A stretch of DNA of 51,366 nt, the filler included, from Jimgerdemannia flammicorona (Eukaryota): assembly GCA_003990765.1 (NCBI GenBank). It is 2 parts of 2 records of this genome, joined end to end, with 100 filler letters (N's around TTAATTAATTAA, not from the genome) between each part and the next. Parts side by side here need not be neighbours in the genome. Positions count along the whole stretch, not along the records: positions 1 to 25,634 come from RBNJ01000808.1; 1 more part is not named here. The stretch is one strand, 5' to 3'. Shown here in pieces: positions 1 to 11,520 of this stretch. How positions within the stretch are numbered: position 1 is the first letter of the stretch; every line of letters begins with the position of its first letter. Under the pieces are notes generated by a model. That model was not told the DNA's origin. It did no database searches and saw nothing but the letters and a program-made list of their open reading frames with translations. The translations under genes and the position numbers were made by a program.

Positions 1-147
1 CTAATAGCTATAGCAAGATAGGTTCTAGTTTATAAGTCAATTTTTGAATTATTCATAATTATTTCTAGGTATTCTCCTGTTTAAGATTAGATCTAGATCT
101 AACTTATAGAAGAGTCTTAATATTATCTTAGTTTGGCTACTAAGTTA

Positions 148-577
148 TAGTACTCAGAATAAATTGAATTAAATCAAATTTGTCTCTAATTTAATTTAAT
201 TCAAAATATTTGAACCAAATTAAGAGTCAATTTTATTTAAATTGAATTAAGGTCCAATTTGATTCAAAGTTCAATTCAAACCTAATTTTTCAAAATTCAA
301 TAACTTGATCAAAATATATCCAAATTTAATGAATTTAAGCTTATTCAATATATCTTATGATAGAGAATTTAATATAATAAAGAATATTAAATTTAGACAT
401 ATTTCTATTAAGTTATTATATTTTGAATTTAGAATAAATATTTTAAATCAAATCAGATCTTAATTTAATTTGAATTTAATTTGATTCAAATTCAAAAATC
501 TTCAATTTGATTTAATTTAAATAACTCTCAATTTAATTCAATTCAATTCAAATTGATTTGATTGTTTAGAAGTACTA
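148..577. mobile_element. Non-autonomous hAT-like MITE (430 bp, AT-rich, non-coding)
   Basis: Starts TAGTACT (148) and ends AGTACTA (577), with imperfect subterminal inverted AATTG/CAATT-rich arms. Flanked by a perfect 8-bp direct repeat CTAAGTTA (140-147 and 578-585). An 8-bp TSD with TAG-initiated TIRs is typical of hAT. A second copy starts at 23226. Confidence 0.75.
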
Positions 578-740
578 CTAAGTTATAATAATATTTATTC
601 AACCTCTTTTATATTCTTAGATAACTTAGATAATAAGGTATTAATTAGAGACTTAACATATATATATCAAGAAGCCTTTCAATTGTTCTTTTACTTAGTA
701 ATATTTACTAAGATTTGAAGAAGTACTATTTCTTTATAGT

Positions 741-743
<3 letters not shown>

Positions 744-802
<59 letters not shown>

Positions 803-3800
803 TATAATTACTTGGACTTCAACTTTATTACTACTATTATAATGACAAATAATTATAAACTGCTACTGTAACTTAATATATATAGGTAGAGTTGTTTAGC
901 CAACTCTTTCTCTCTATCTAATACAACAATGATCCCATCTGATAACTACTATAATTCTAAAGTACAAAGAAGGGCCCATCAGCTCACACCTTCTCTCCAC
1001 CACACCTCTGTCATCCAGCACCAGGTGCCTGCAACTCCTCTGCACAATGTCCTGTATCTTCCTCATGGCTCTTAACTAATGTCTCTTCTTCTGATACTAC
1101 CACCCTTGCACCACTTCTAGAAGTAACTATCTCTACTACTCTACCAATTCACCAATTCCTATCCAGAACACCTATCACCAGTACACCACCATCAGGACCC
1201 AGATGCCAAGAATACAGCCTAGGCCCCCCCACATGTCTCCAGTCTCTCTCACTAGTCACTACTTGACTACCTGACTAGTGGGGCCCCCTGATCACTCACC
1301 CTCATAACCCCAATAACCTTCCAATATCTGCCAATATCCTTTAACCCCCGGATATACTACTAAGACATGATCTGGCATCTGTACCATACCTCCATCTATC
1401 TCACAACACCATTCACATTCTCTTATACCTTCTACCTCCATCCATTCTGTCCAGTACTCTAATATTACATTTCTCCTCAAAAATCTCCACCATACTATCC
1501 AAAACTTCAGTAGTACCACCTTGAGCAAAGAGGCCCCCTAACCCCATATCTGACTCTACTCCCAATCTTCACCAAACCCAGCCTTCTGCCAACCAACTGG
1601 CCACCTCTCCAGTGGATCTGTCCTGATCCATTCCATTGCCCCAGACAGAAAGTATTCCCCCAACTAGTGATAACTAACATGAAGGTCTCCTAGTCATCAC
1701 CATTTCTACTCTGGGTCCTCCCCTTCACCTGGCTCCAAACCTGTAAGTTCTATTGCCAGCCAGGCCTCTATAATTCTCCACCAGAACCCTCTGTAATGCA
1801 ATCTGCTAACTCTTCTCACCTAAAGCAAACCTCACATATTCTTTCTTACCTCACCATAGAGGCAGAACCTGACCTCCCAATTGTCCATAGCCAGTCTGCC
1901 CCAACTATCCACACCTAGTTCTGCCAATTGACAATCCCACCAGCCCCTAAGTGCCTTCAACCACCTCCTAAAGTCTACTAGCCCCAGACTACTATCTAAT
2001 GTCCACATTACCACTGTCTTCCAACTAATCTGTGGCCACCTCTCTTGCTATAGCCATCCTTCTACTATCTTCTTCAGTCACCATACCACCTATCCAGAGA
2101 AGTCCAGATGATATCCCAGATACCACAACTTAGGCAACTAGTATACATTCAATACTACAACCCTTCCGACCAAAGAGAAGCCCCTCTCTGACCAGTCTGT
2201 CAAAGCACTCTCCCACTTCTGTATCATATCACACCACCACTCCTTCAGCAGCACTGTTCCATACACTGAAAACCAGATACCCAAATATCAGACTGCCTCT
2301 CCTATACCCACTGTTCATCCAAAACATCCATTCTCTCCAAGTCCAGCCCCAAGCTCCATAGTCTCACACTTGCTCTAATTAAACTTTGCCCTTGCTAGCC
2401 TCTCATATTGTCCAACCCCTTCCTGCAGGCTTTCAACATCTGCCATATAGTCTAACCCAACCACTATGTCATCAGCAAAGGCCTCCAACTTCTAGACCAC
2501 ATTCCCCATCTGCAACCCAGTCAGCCTCTCCTTCAGCCAAGTCAATAAAGGCTCCAAGGACAAAATATAGAGCAGGGGTAAAAGAGAATCCCCCTGTAGT
2601 ACACCTCTTCCCAAGGCAAACTCTGGGTCACACCACTCATTCATCAGTACTACCACTTGGCAGTCATGCACCAGGCCTATTAAATTTTGAGCCTCCACTG
2701 CACCAAACCCTACTCTCTGCAATACTGTCTCCAAGTAGTTCCACCTTACTCTATCATATGCCTTTTCTTGATCCAGAAAGACCATCCACCTATTGATTTG
2801 TCAACTTCTACAGCCCTCCAAAATATTTTACACCCAGGCAGTACTGTCTCAAATCTGCCTCCCCTTTATAAAACCTCACTGATCCTCACCCACCAATTGG
2901 CCAATCCACCACTACATCCTCTCTGCCAAAATTTTGGACACCAGCTTTCTATCTACATTCAGTAATATGATTGGCCACCAGTTCTACCACATATGTCAGT
3001 CTCCTTTCTTCTTATATAATAGAGAGATCAACCCTAAAGAACCATTACCAATCCAGCAGCCTTCTCTTAATACAAAGTTCACTATTTCAACTAGCTATTC
3101 ACCAAACTCAGCCTGGAACTCCTTCCAGAACTCTCAAGGCAGTCCATCCTCCCCTAGTGATGAACCAGCCTGCACATTCCTCAGCACCTCTAATACCTCT
3201 TCAAGGGCCACCATGCCCACTACTGTCCTATCTATCTCAGGCACTGCTACCACTGATCAGCTGCCAACCAAATTGTCATTATTCTTCTATAAGACCTCAC
3301 TCCCCACTGGCCCTCCTTCATCCTGCCAGAGGGTGTGCCATTGACTGGAGATCTCATCAAGCATATATATCAGCAATATTAGTAACCTCAACCCCATCCT
3401 TCTGCAGTACTGAAGCCCAGCTGTGCTGCACTCTTCTGGCTTTTAAGATTTCTGATAAATATTTAGTGGGCCACTCTCCTTCTTCCAAATGCCTTATCTG
3501 TAATCTCACTAATAGACTATCTATCATCCTATCTCCAGCTACTCTCAAATCTAATTTCAACTCAGCCACCTCCTTGGCCAACTGGCAGAGCCACTCTCCT
3601 GATAATTCCTCTCCTTCCAACAAACTCAGCCACCATTGGAGTCCTCACTCCACTCTCCTCTCTCTGTTATTCTACTCTCTCCCAGCTATATCCCCTACAT
3701 CATACCAGTAAGCACCTGCCAAATATTTAAATTTACCCCACCACTGCTCTATTGGCTGTCCACTGTTCTTTCACTATATCACTTTCTGTCTCGCAATTGC

Positions 3801-4923
3801 CACAAATTGTTCTCGCTCTGCCTGTCTTTTGAGTAGAGCTACATTAAGTCTCCAGTGATCTCCACCTCTGCCAATCGCCTGAAATCTCTCATACACTTTG
3901 ACTCCCCAGTGGTCTGACCAAGGACACCACCATACTTCCACTGAATCCAACATATTACCCCAGCATTCTACCACCAGAATCCAATCAATCCTCATTTCTA
4001 CCAAGTTTTCACCAACTGAGTGCCACCTAGTAAAGGGCCCTAGCCTCTTCTCATGACATTGCTGTACCCCATCAACTAATCTCATATCTCTCTCAACCTG
4101 AAGTCATTGCAAGAGTCCTACTGACACAGCTACACCCATCCCACCATCAGATCTATCTAGTGTCCTGTCATGCACTATATTGAAGTCCCTCTCTAGAATG
4201 TCCAGCCCAATCCCCTCTCAGTCTCCCCAAGTCAGCCAGCCCTCCACCCATTGGTTTTGCTATCTGCCAACTACTGGCAAGTAAGCAGAGCCTACAATAA
4301 GCCCATCATCTGCTCCTCCTTTTAATCTCCCCCAAATCAATCAATCATCATAAACCTCAGTCTCTACCAGCTCACCTCTCCCCAAGCCAACCAAGATGTC
4401 CACCTGCTTATTCCAACCTGTACTGCCATACTATTCTTTGCTCCATTCTATATAATCTTACTCACCATAGGCTCAAACATCCTGAAGAAATACCACATCA
4501 TACCTTCTGATCTTCAGCCAATGAAATAGGTACTTTCACTTTACTCCATCACATAAACTATTGACATTTAGCAATAAGATATGTAGACTGTTTATCATCA
4601 TTAATAAAAATGTTTAAAGCTCCACCAGAATTACCACTACCTTTTCAGTCCAACCACAGATTATTTCCTTTTGTTCCTTGCAGATGACTCTCTAGATATG
4701 GGCACTATTTATACTGCTGCAAAAGATATCTACTCTCTCAGATACTACTTTCCTAATATCAGCCATCTGGGCCTCGTCTACCTCATATTCTTCATCATCC
4801 AGAAATACTACCACTATTACTATCACCAGCTTTGGCCCCTGTAATACAATGTTGAGAATTTCTTCCCAAGCCTCCTGGGATCTATTAAATATATCTACTT
4901 CCTTAATATCCTCCTCCGCAAGT

Positions 4924-4928
<5 letters not shown>
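744..4928 (-). mobile_element. LINE A, 3' part (L1/Tx1-like non-LTR retrotransposon, degenerate): poly(A) tail, ~490-bp 3'UTR, ORF2 and end of ORF1
   Basis: Poly-T 744-801 is the poly(A) tail on the minus strand. ORF2 fragments include APE endonuclease (LLLNVN, RIDWILV, WSDH), RT (FLDQEKAYDRV, GVLQGDSLLP) and a C-terminal C-x2-C..H motif. Interrupted at 4928 by LINE B. Confidence 0.92.
1292..4601 (-). pseudogene. LINE A ORF2 (AP endonuclease + reverse transcriptase), many stops/frameshifts
   Basis: Start MINSLHILLLNVNS near 4598-4601. ORF-track pieces 3774-4085, 3357-3623, 2492-2785, 1832-2014 and 1292-1528 are collinear with L1-clade ORF2. Confidence 0.9.
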
Positions 4929-4984
<56 letters not shown>

Positions 4985-5164
4985 GTTCCTTGGACTCTGC
5001 CATTTATTACCAGTCTATTAATAAGTTTACAGTATATTCTCCCACTACCCGATCCCCATAGAGGGGCCACTTCCCACACCCTCACAAACAAAGACCACTC
5101 TCTCACCCGCGACTCCAACTCTCCCCCTACTCTGTCTATAGATTTTCTCCACCAAATGATGCCT

Positions 5165-8100
5165 TCAACTACCCTGCAACCCCCAGCCAAGCCACCAGTC
5201 TGTCAAGGTATCTTCCATAAGGCTATGCCACCACAGCAGCCTGACCTCTAAGCCTAGTCTCCTCCCATCCTCAAAAACAAATAACCAGTGACTGGCCAGC
5301 CCCACCCAAATGGCCAAAGCCCAGCCTAACATAAGCCATTCCTTTCCCACCCCCCCCACCAATCTATTCCTCAAATCCTCCCACTGCATCTGCATGCCAG
5401 CTCCCCTACACACTACCCTCAAATGATCCCCAATGGTCTGCCAAAAGGTACTAAGTACCTCACACTCTCCTAGCCAATGTTCAGGCATCTGCATATATCC
5501 CCCTTTCTGCCCTACATTATAACACTCTTCACAGTCAAAGCAACCTTCCTTGATAAGATGACCAGAGCGGAAGTTGAGCATGACATTCTGCCTCAGCATG
5601 CGCCACCAGGCCAACCAGTACTTTGGTGGCATCCACCTCCTCACCTCAGCACTCTAGGCCCAAATGCTACACCAGTCCCACTCCTCACCGATTCCTACTC
5701 CTTGCTAACTGCTAGGCCACAGATCTTGGCCTAGTCTCCATTGGTATTCGATCTCATCACTAATGTTAAACTCAATTAAGGGAATGCCACCCAGCAACAC
5801 TTGGTCCCATCTCCACATTACCAGGTCTCAAGCTGTCTCCCCTTCATTCCCCTGCCACCGAATTCCAATGCAATGTACCCCCTCCACCACCCCCCACCAG
5901 AAGCCTTTATATTGCAATTGTTCAGTACTCCAAAGGCCAACAAATGCTAGGAGGTTGCTAGTCGAACCTCTAGGTGAGGACCTCATCTCCCAGACTTTCT
6001 ACAATAGGAGGACCCAACCTCCCCCTCTCAACTCCACTGCTCTCTTCAGCCACCATGCTCTCAAGTAGTGCAGCCTCTTAGGAAAGTCAACCAGCCCAAG
6101 TCTACCACTTGCCACCAGTAAGGACAAGACCTTCCAGCTGATCTGACTCTGTCTTCCAGCCCAGATCCACCCTTTGGCCAGCTTCATCAATCACTTCACC
6201 ACCCAAGCTGGGAAGTCCAGATGATAGGCCAGATACCACAACTTTGGCAGCCAATAAACATTCAGAATTGAAACACGCCCTGCCAGAGACAATTGGCGAC
6301 CCCCCCAACTCTGCAGGGCCTCCTCCCAGATTCCAACCTGCTGTTTCCACCAAAGTCTGGGTAAAACTGACCCATATACCAACAGATAAATACCCAAGTA
6401 CCGCACTGCCCCACCAGCAGGGACGATGGTTCCAATAATCTCTCCTCCCACCAGACTATTGCCTAACACTATTATTTCACACTTATACCAATTAAGCTTA
6501 GCCCCCGAGTTCTTCTCATACCACTCCACTGTTTTCTTGAGCTTCTCAACATCTATAATGGATCCCAGGCCAACCACCATGTCATTTGCAAAGGCCCTAC
6601 TTTCCACCCAATGCCAAAGATAGAGAGCCCCACTATCTTCTTCCTGATTCTATCCATAAAGGGCTCCAGGGAAAGAGCATACAAAATGGGTCCCCCTGGG
6701 GCACCCCCCTATCCAGGGGAAATGCTACCCCTCTGTGTCCATTACACATAAGCGCAGCCCTACTTCCTTCCAGTAGGCTGACCATGGCTGACCTGAACTG
6801 GTGCAGGACCCCAATCCTATTTAATACTTTCACCAGCCAGACTCGCCGCACTCAGTTATAAGCCTTCTCCTGGTCCAAAAAGACCAGTCGCCCATCCAGT
6901 CCACTGACTCACACCCCTTCAATAACTCCATAAACCCAGGCTGTGCTATCCCTAATGAGCCAGCCTCCCACAAAGCCCCTCTGCTCATCACCCATGACTT
7001 GCTGGGCCACCTTTTGCAGCCTTGTGACCACCACCTTGGTAACCAACTTTCTGTCCATATCCAATAACATAATTGGCCTCCAGTTCTTCCAGTCCTCTCA
7101 CCTTCCTTTGTTCTTATAAAGTAACATCACCAGCCCCAGATCCTATTCCCCCACCCATCTCTTCATCTATAGAATCCAATCATACAGTGCCATCATCTCA
7201 CCCAGTACTCCTGGAACTCCCACCATCTTCTTCTAGAAGTCCCAGGGCAGACCATCCTCCCCAGGCACTATACCCAGTGTTGTTGCAGCAAGAACCTGGT
7301 GGATCTCCTCCTCTTGTACTGGCAGCACTAAGTCACCCAGCCCCTCTACTTGTGTAGGGTGCCAATCCTCCAACACTTGGTCAATGGCTTCTGCATCTGC
7401 CCCCCCCTCCTCCTCACTCCACAATCTACTCCAACACTCCTTTAACGATCCAAGAATGTCTTGTATACCATGCATCAATATACCATCAGTGTTAAGCACC
7501 CCCTCCCACCTTTGTTGCACCCTTCTCACCTGAAGGGCTCTTGTGAGAAACTTTGAGGGTCTCTCCCCTTCCTCCAACCCCTGCCAATGAAGCTGCACCA
7601 CCAGACCTTGTATCCTTGCCTCTTCCTCTTTCTACAACACCTGTATAGTTCCTCAATCTCCATTTTTGCTCTTATCAATCTCCAATCCTCCTCTCCCTCC
7701 AATGTCACCAGTCTTGCCCAGTCCTCCAAGAGTCTAGACAGTCTACTAGAAGCCCATCGCACCCATCACCTCCTCTATTTCCCAGCCTCCTTACCAGCCT
7801 CACTCTAGTAGGTCCTGGCCATCTCCTTCATCCTCATCTACCAAATACCAACTGGGGCACCTTTCTGCCTCCAGCACTCTACTCTCAGTTGAATGTCTTC
7901 AGCCCACTCATCCTACCAGATCTTATCATCTAGTAAGGAGGAATTGAGACACCAATGTCCAGGCCCATCTCCACTCCCCCCAAAATGTCTCTGCTCTAAA
8001 AGCCCCCAATGATCCGACCAAGGACACCATTCCACCTCCAGTGACTTCCAAACATCCAAGCCCCAGCAGCTGGCTATTAGAATCTAATCAATCCTTGTCC

Positions 8101-8689
8101 CCAGGCCCCCAGCCCAGTGTGTGTATACCCTCCTATCCCCCCAACACTCTCTACCCACATCCATCAGAGCACTCAATCTTTCCACTTCCTCCCATGCTAC
8201 CAGTCCTCCACTCTGACCCTCAGCTCCCTGTTCTCCATCAGTTCTATCCATCAACACATTCTGGACCATATTGAAGTCCCCACTGAGCATATCCACCCCA
8301 ACCTCCACAAGAATTCCACTCTTCTGTAGGCCCTTCACCCAATCCACACACTCACCCCATACCGCAGAGCAGTAACAGGAGCCCACCATGACTGGCTCCC
8401 AACCTGTGCATATCCACTCTCCCCAGACCAATCTATCCCTCTAGCTCTGCATATCTCTTATCTCTTCTCTGTCTTTCTGTACCAGAATCCCAACCTTGCC
8501 TTTCCAAACTGCCTCACCTCCCCATTCCTTTGTCCATTCCAGTCTATCCAAATTATCCTTACACCTGACATCCTACAAGAAGAAGAGATCAGCCTCCAAT
8601 CTCTTCAGTTAAGTAAAAATGTTCCTATATCAATAAGCGCCCCATAACCCATTCACATTCAAAGAAAAAATATTGGTTGTACTATTCAT
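5165..8689 (-). pseudogene. LINE B ORF2 (APE-RT-C-terminal zinc finger), degenerate
   Basis: Start MNSTTNIF..NVNGL at 8689. Motifs GDFN, TRID, WSDH, PGEDGLPWDF, GVPQGDP, FANDMVV (FADD decayed), LSLAGRVSILN, CEEC..MPEHWLGEC. Confidence 0.92.
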
Positions 8690-8714
8690 AATGAAGAATG
8701 GTGTGTTATCAAGT

Positions 8715-9397
8715 CCTTCCCTACTGCTCCATGTTTATCTCCTCCTGCACCAAGTCCAAATTATGTTCTGCAGTCACCACCTCCTCTTCAGCCCTCTGAG
8801 CCTCCAATCCAGCCAACAGCTCATTCATCTCCCCATCTGCCTTCTCCTCAAATTCCTCTCGGTACTCCAGGCAGACTTCCTACCAGAGCTGCAATCTATG
8901 ATGCTTGGTCTAGCAGTATTCAGCCCTCTCTCTAGCGACTCCCACCAGCTCTGCCTCCTGCTCCTTATCCACCTCATAGCCTTCCTCCTTCAGATATACT
9001 ATAAGAATTTCCACCTTCAATGCCATCACCACCCCATCCCCCTGCAGGATCTGCATCTAATACTCATTGCTCATTACTCTCAAATCCACCTCTCCCAGCT
9101 CCTTGGCCATCAGGTTGTTCATCATCCTATACATCCAAAGTAGGTTCCTCACCTCCTTTCCTCCAGGGGTCACTGGCCTCTCACCATCCAGCATTGTAGT
9201 ATCAGCTCTAGTACTCGCAGCCTCATCCCACTTCTCTGGGACATCCACCAGTTTCTCCTCACTGGCCGCCACCACTTGTCCCCCTTTTGCTACCTCTGGA
9301 ACTCCAAATTGTACTCACTGTACTCCCCACATTGGCATATCCTCCACTACCCTGCTTTAGGAAGCTGGGCCTTACCTGATAAGGGGAGTAGGGTAGG
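8715..9397 (-). pseudogene. LINE B ORF1, C-terminal part
   Basis: Acidic segment EEKLVDVPEKWDE..MAKELGEVDLRV is homologous to LINE D ORF1 (36.6-37.2 kb). The reading frame rejoins 18934+ once the Gypsy is removed. Confidence 0.8.
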
Positions 9398-10910
9398 TAT
9401 AAGAGGGTTACTTTTTAGAGGAACCATTATGTAGTTCTGGAAGGGTTTTCTGGAAGTTCTGGATATTCTGGAAGACTCTTTTCTTATAGTCAAGATCAAT
9501 TTCGTATGGAGTATATCCTCTATGCTTATTGATTTCAAGATCAGGTTGACATCTCAACCAAAGTCCTTTTTCAGACTAGTTCTGGATGTTCAGGATTTTC
9601 CATATTTCAGGAAGTTCAAGAAACTAAGACCAGCTTAGTTGAATCAGCGTATCACTGCAGACAATACCTAATTAGGAAACTTCATGATGGAGTTAGGAGT
9701 GGGACCTAATGGGGAGTGGATTTACTTAAGAGTGATTTGTGGGTTATTAAATAGGTTTATTCGCTATTTATAATATTGCTATACTAAGAGTAGTTATGTA
9801 AAGGGATATTGTGGGGAAGTGCTCAGGAGTTGTGTTCAGATGGTTCAAGTGTTCAAGTCTGTTTAAGTCTGAGATTCTGAGGTCTGGGGGAGGGAGTATT
9901 TATACTAGTGAGGGGCTATCTGGACTATGCTAAATATGGATGTAGCACTTAGTGCCTTGCTGAGTTAAAATGCAGTCATGTCATACAAGAGTGGTCTGAT
10001 ATGTCAAGAGATCATCTGACTGCTGAGTCAGTTCACAATTATATCATATAAGGCTAATATAACTATACTATGACTGCTAAGCTATTTATAGATTTAGATG
10101 CTGTCTGGTTAGTCTTTGATGACATCACTATTAATGACATCATCTCTGGCAAAGTCTGAGCAGTTTTCTGACTTCTGACATTATCAGTTTCAAGGTGTTG
10201 TCACTTCTACCTCTTGCAAGATTAAGGCTATCCTTGGTGGCGGTAGTTGTACAAGAATAACAGGTCTTGGTTCTCTTTTTTTTTTGGCTTGCTGGCATAT
10301 TTATGAGGACTGGTCATCCTTGTCTAGGGCAAGGACTCCCAATGTCGTGGCTGGGGGTTTGAACCTCTCAGAAATGATATTTTCTGTAATCTGAGGCAAT
10401 TTCTAATAGTAATATCTGTCACATGGATGGCTTGAGATTGGTTTCGACGATGTTGGCTTTCTTGAGTTCAGATGAAGCATCTGTCACTCTCCAACAGAGG
10501 TGATACAGATAGAGCAAATAAAGTTATTCAAATGTGTTTTGCTTCTGCTAAGTAATGAGGTCTTGTATAGTCGCAGTATATCTTGGTCTTGAGTTTGATA
10601 AGTGCAGTTCATGAACTCTTAATAGATGAGATAGGGTCCTTCTTGTCTCAGTTTGAGTTTGGTACTTTCGGTTTCCTTTTTGTAATAGTACAATACACTA
10701 GACTAGTTATAGAGGTTTAGAGTCAGTTTTGTGGTTATAGTACTTCTTCTGATATTCTTATATCTTAGCAGTAGGTTCTCATGTTTGCTGGCATATTTTG
10801 TGTAACCATATGATCTCTTCAGTAACTTGTTTTGTAGTCTCGCATGTGGTTTCCAAATTGGTTCTGAGGATGATATGTGATTTTGGTGGCTTAGAGGTTG
10901 TGCGCTTACA
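9398..10910 (-). repeat. Gypsy-1 3' LTR (1513 bp)
   Basis: Aligns end to end with 17422-18933. The + strand starts TATAAGAGGG (TG>TA decayed) and ends CTTACA. Confidence 0.95.
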
Positions 10911-10924
10911 ACTCTCTCCTTCTT
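10911..10924 (-). promoter_or_regulatory. Polypurine tract of Gypsy-1
   Basis: The minus strand reads AAGAAGGAGAGAGT immediately before the 3' LTR. Confidence 0.85.
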
Positions 10925-11359
10925 AGCTTTCAATATCCTCATTGGGGCCTTCTAATTTTATTCTAGTATTAGTATACCATTTGGGAGGTCAAAAGTCTGA
11001 TGAAGTCCATTTTTCTCAGAAAGTGGCATACTCATAGTATAGTTGCCTAATATATTGGATTCATACGTTAAAGGGTCATGTGTTCAATACCATGCACTAG
11101 AAGTGATTCTGACATCATTCACTGCTGGAGAATTTCCTCTAAGGAATCTTCTTAAATATCTACACCTTGTTTCCCACCAGTGGTACAGGGAGAATAGGCT
11201 TGCTTTCAGTTTTGCTAATTTTCCAGAGAGTCAGTGTTCTATTATCTTAACTTGCTGAGTTCTTGATTTTATTCATGATAATTATAATATTTGGGAGGGT
11301 AATATATGATATATACTGATAGGTGTTGGATATTCGGTTTTAGTTGTTCAAGGAATCAT

Positions 11360-11520
11360 ATTCCTGAACTAAGTCAGTAGCATTCTAGAGATTGGTCTTG
11401 GGTTCTCATGTTGCATCATGGATTAGATAACCTTTCCATTTGACAAAGTACTCAGGGCAATCCTTGTGGCCACGTTTGTTGAGGATTTATTCAACTTCAT
11501 ATTCTTCTTGGTCATTAATA
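11360..11520 (-). pseudogene. Chromodomain at the integrase C-terminus (Gypsy-1)
   Basis: Manual translation EEYEVE*ILNKRGHKDCPEYFVKWKGYLIHDAT*EPKTNL matches the chromodomain consensus YEVExI..YLVKWKGY..TWEP. Confidence 0.9.

Noticed and set aside
2386..9360. Numerous Pro/Ser/Leu-rich plus-strand ORFs (also 18971-21565 on plus and 35934-40953 on minus)
   Set aside because: Antisense shadows of the G-rich LINE coding strands; no independent motifs.
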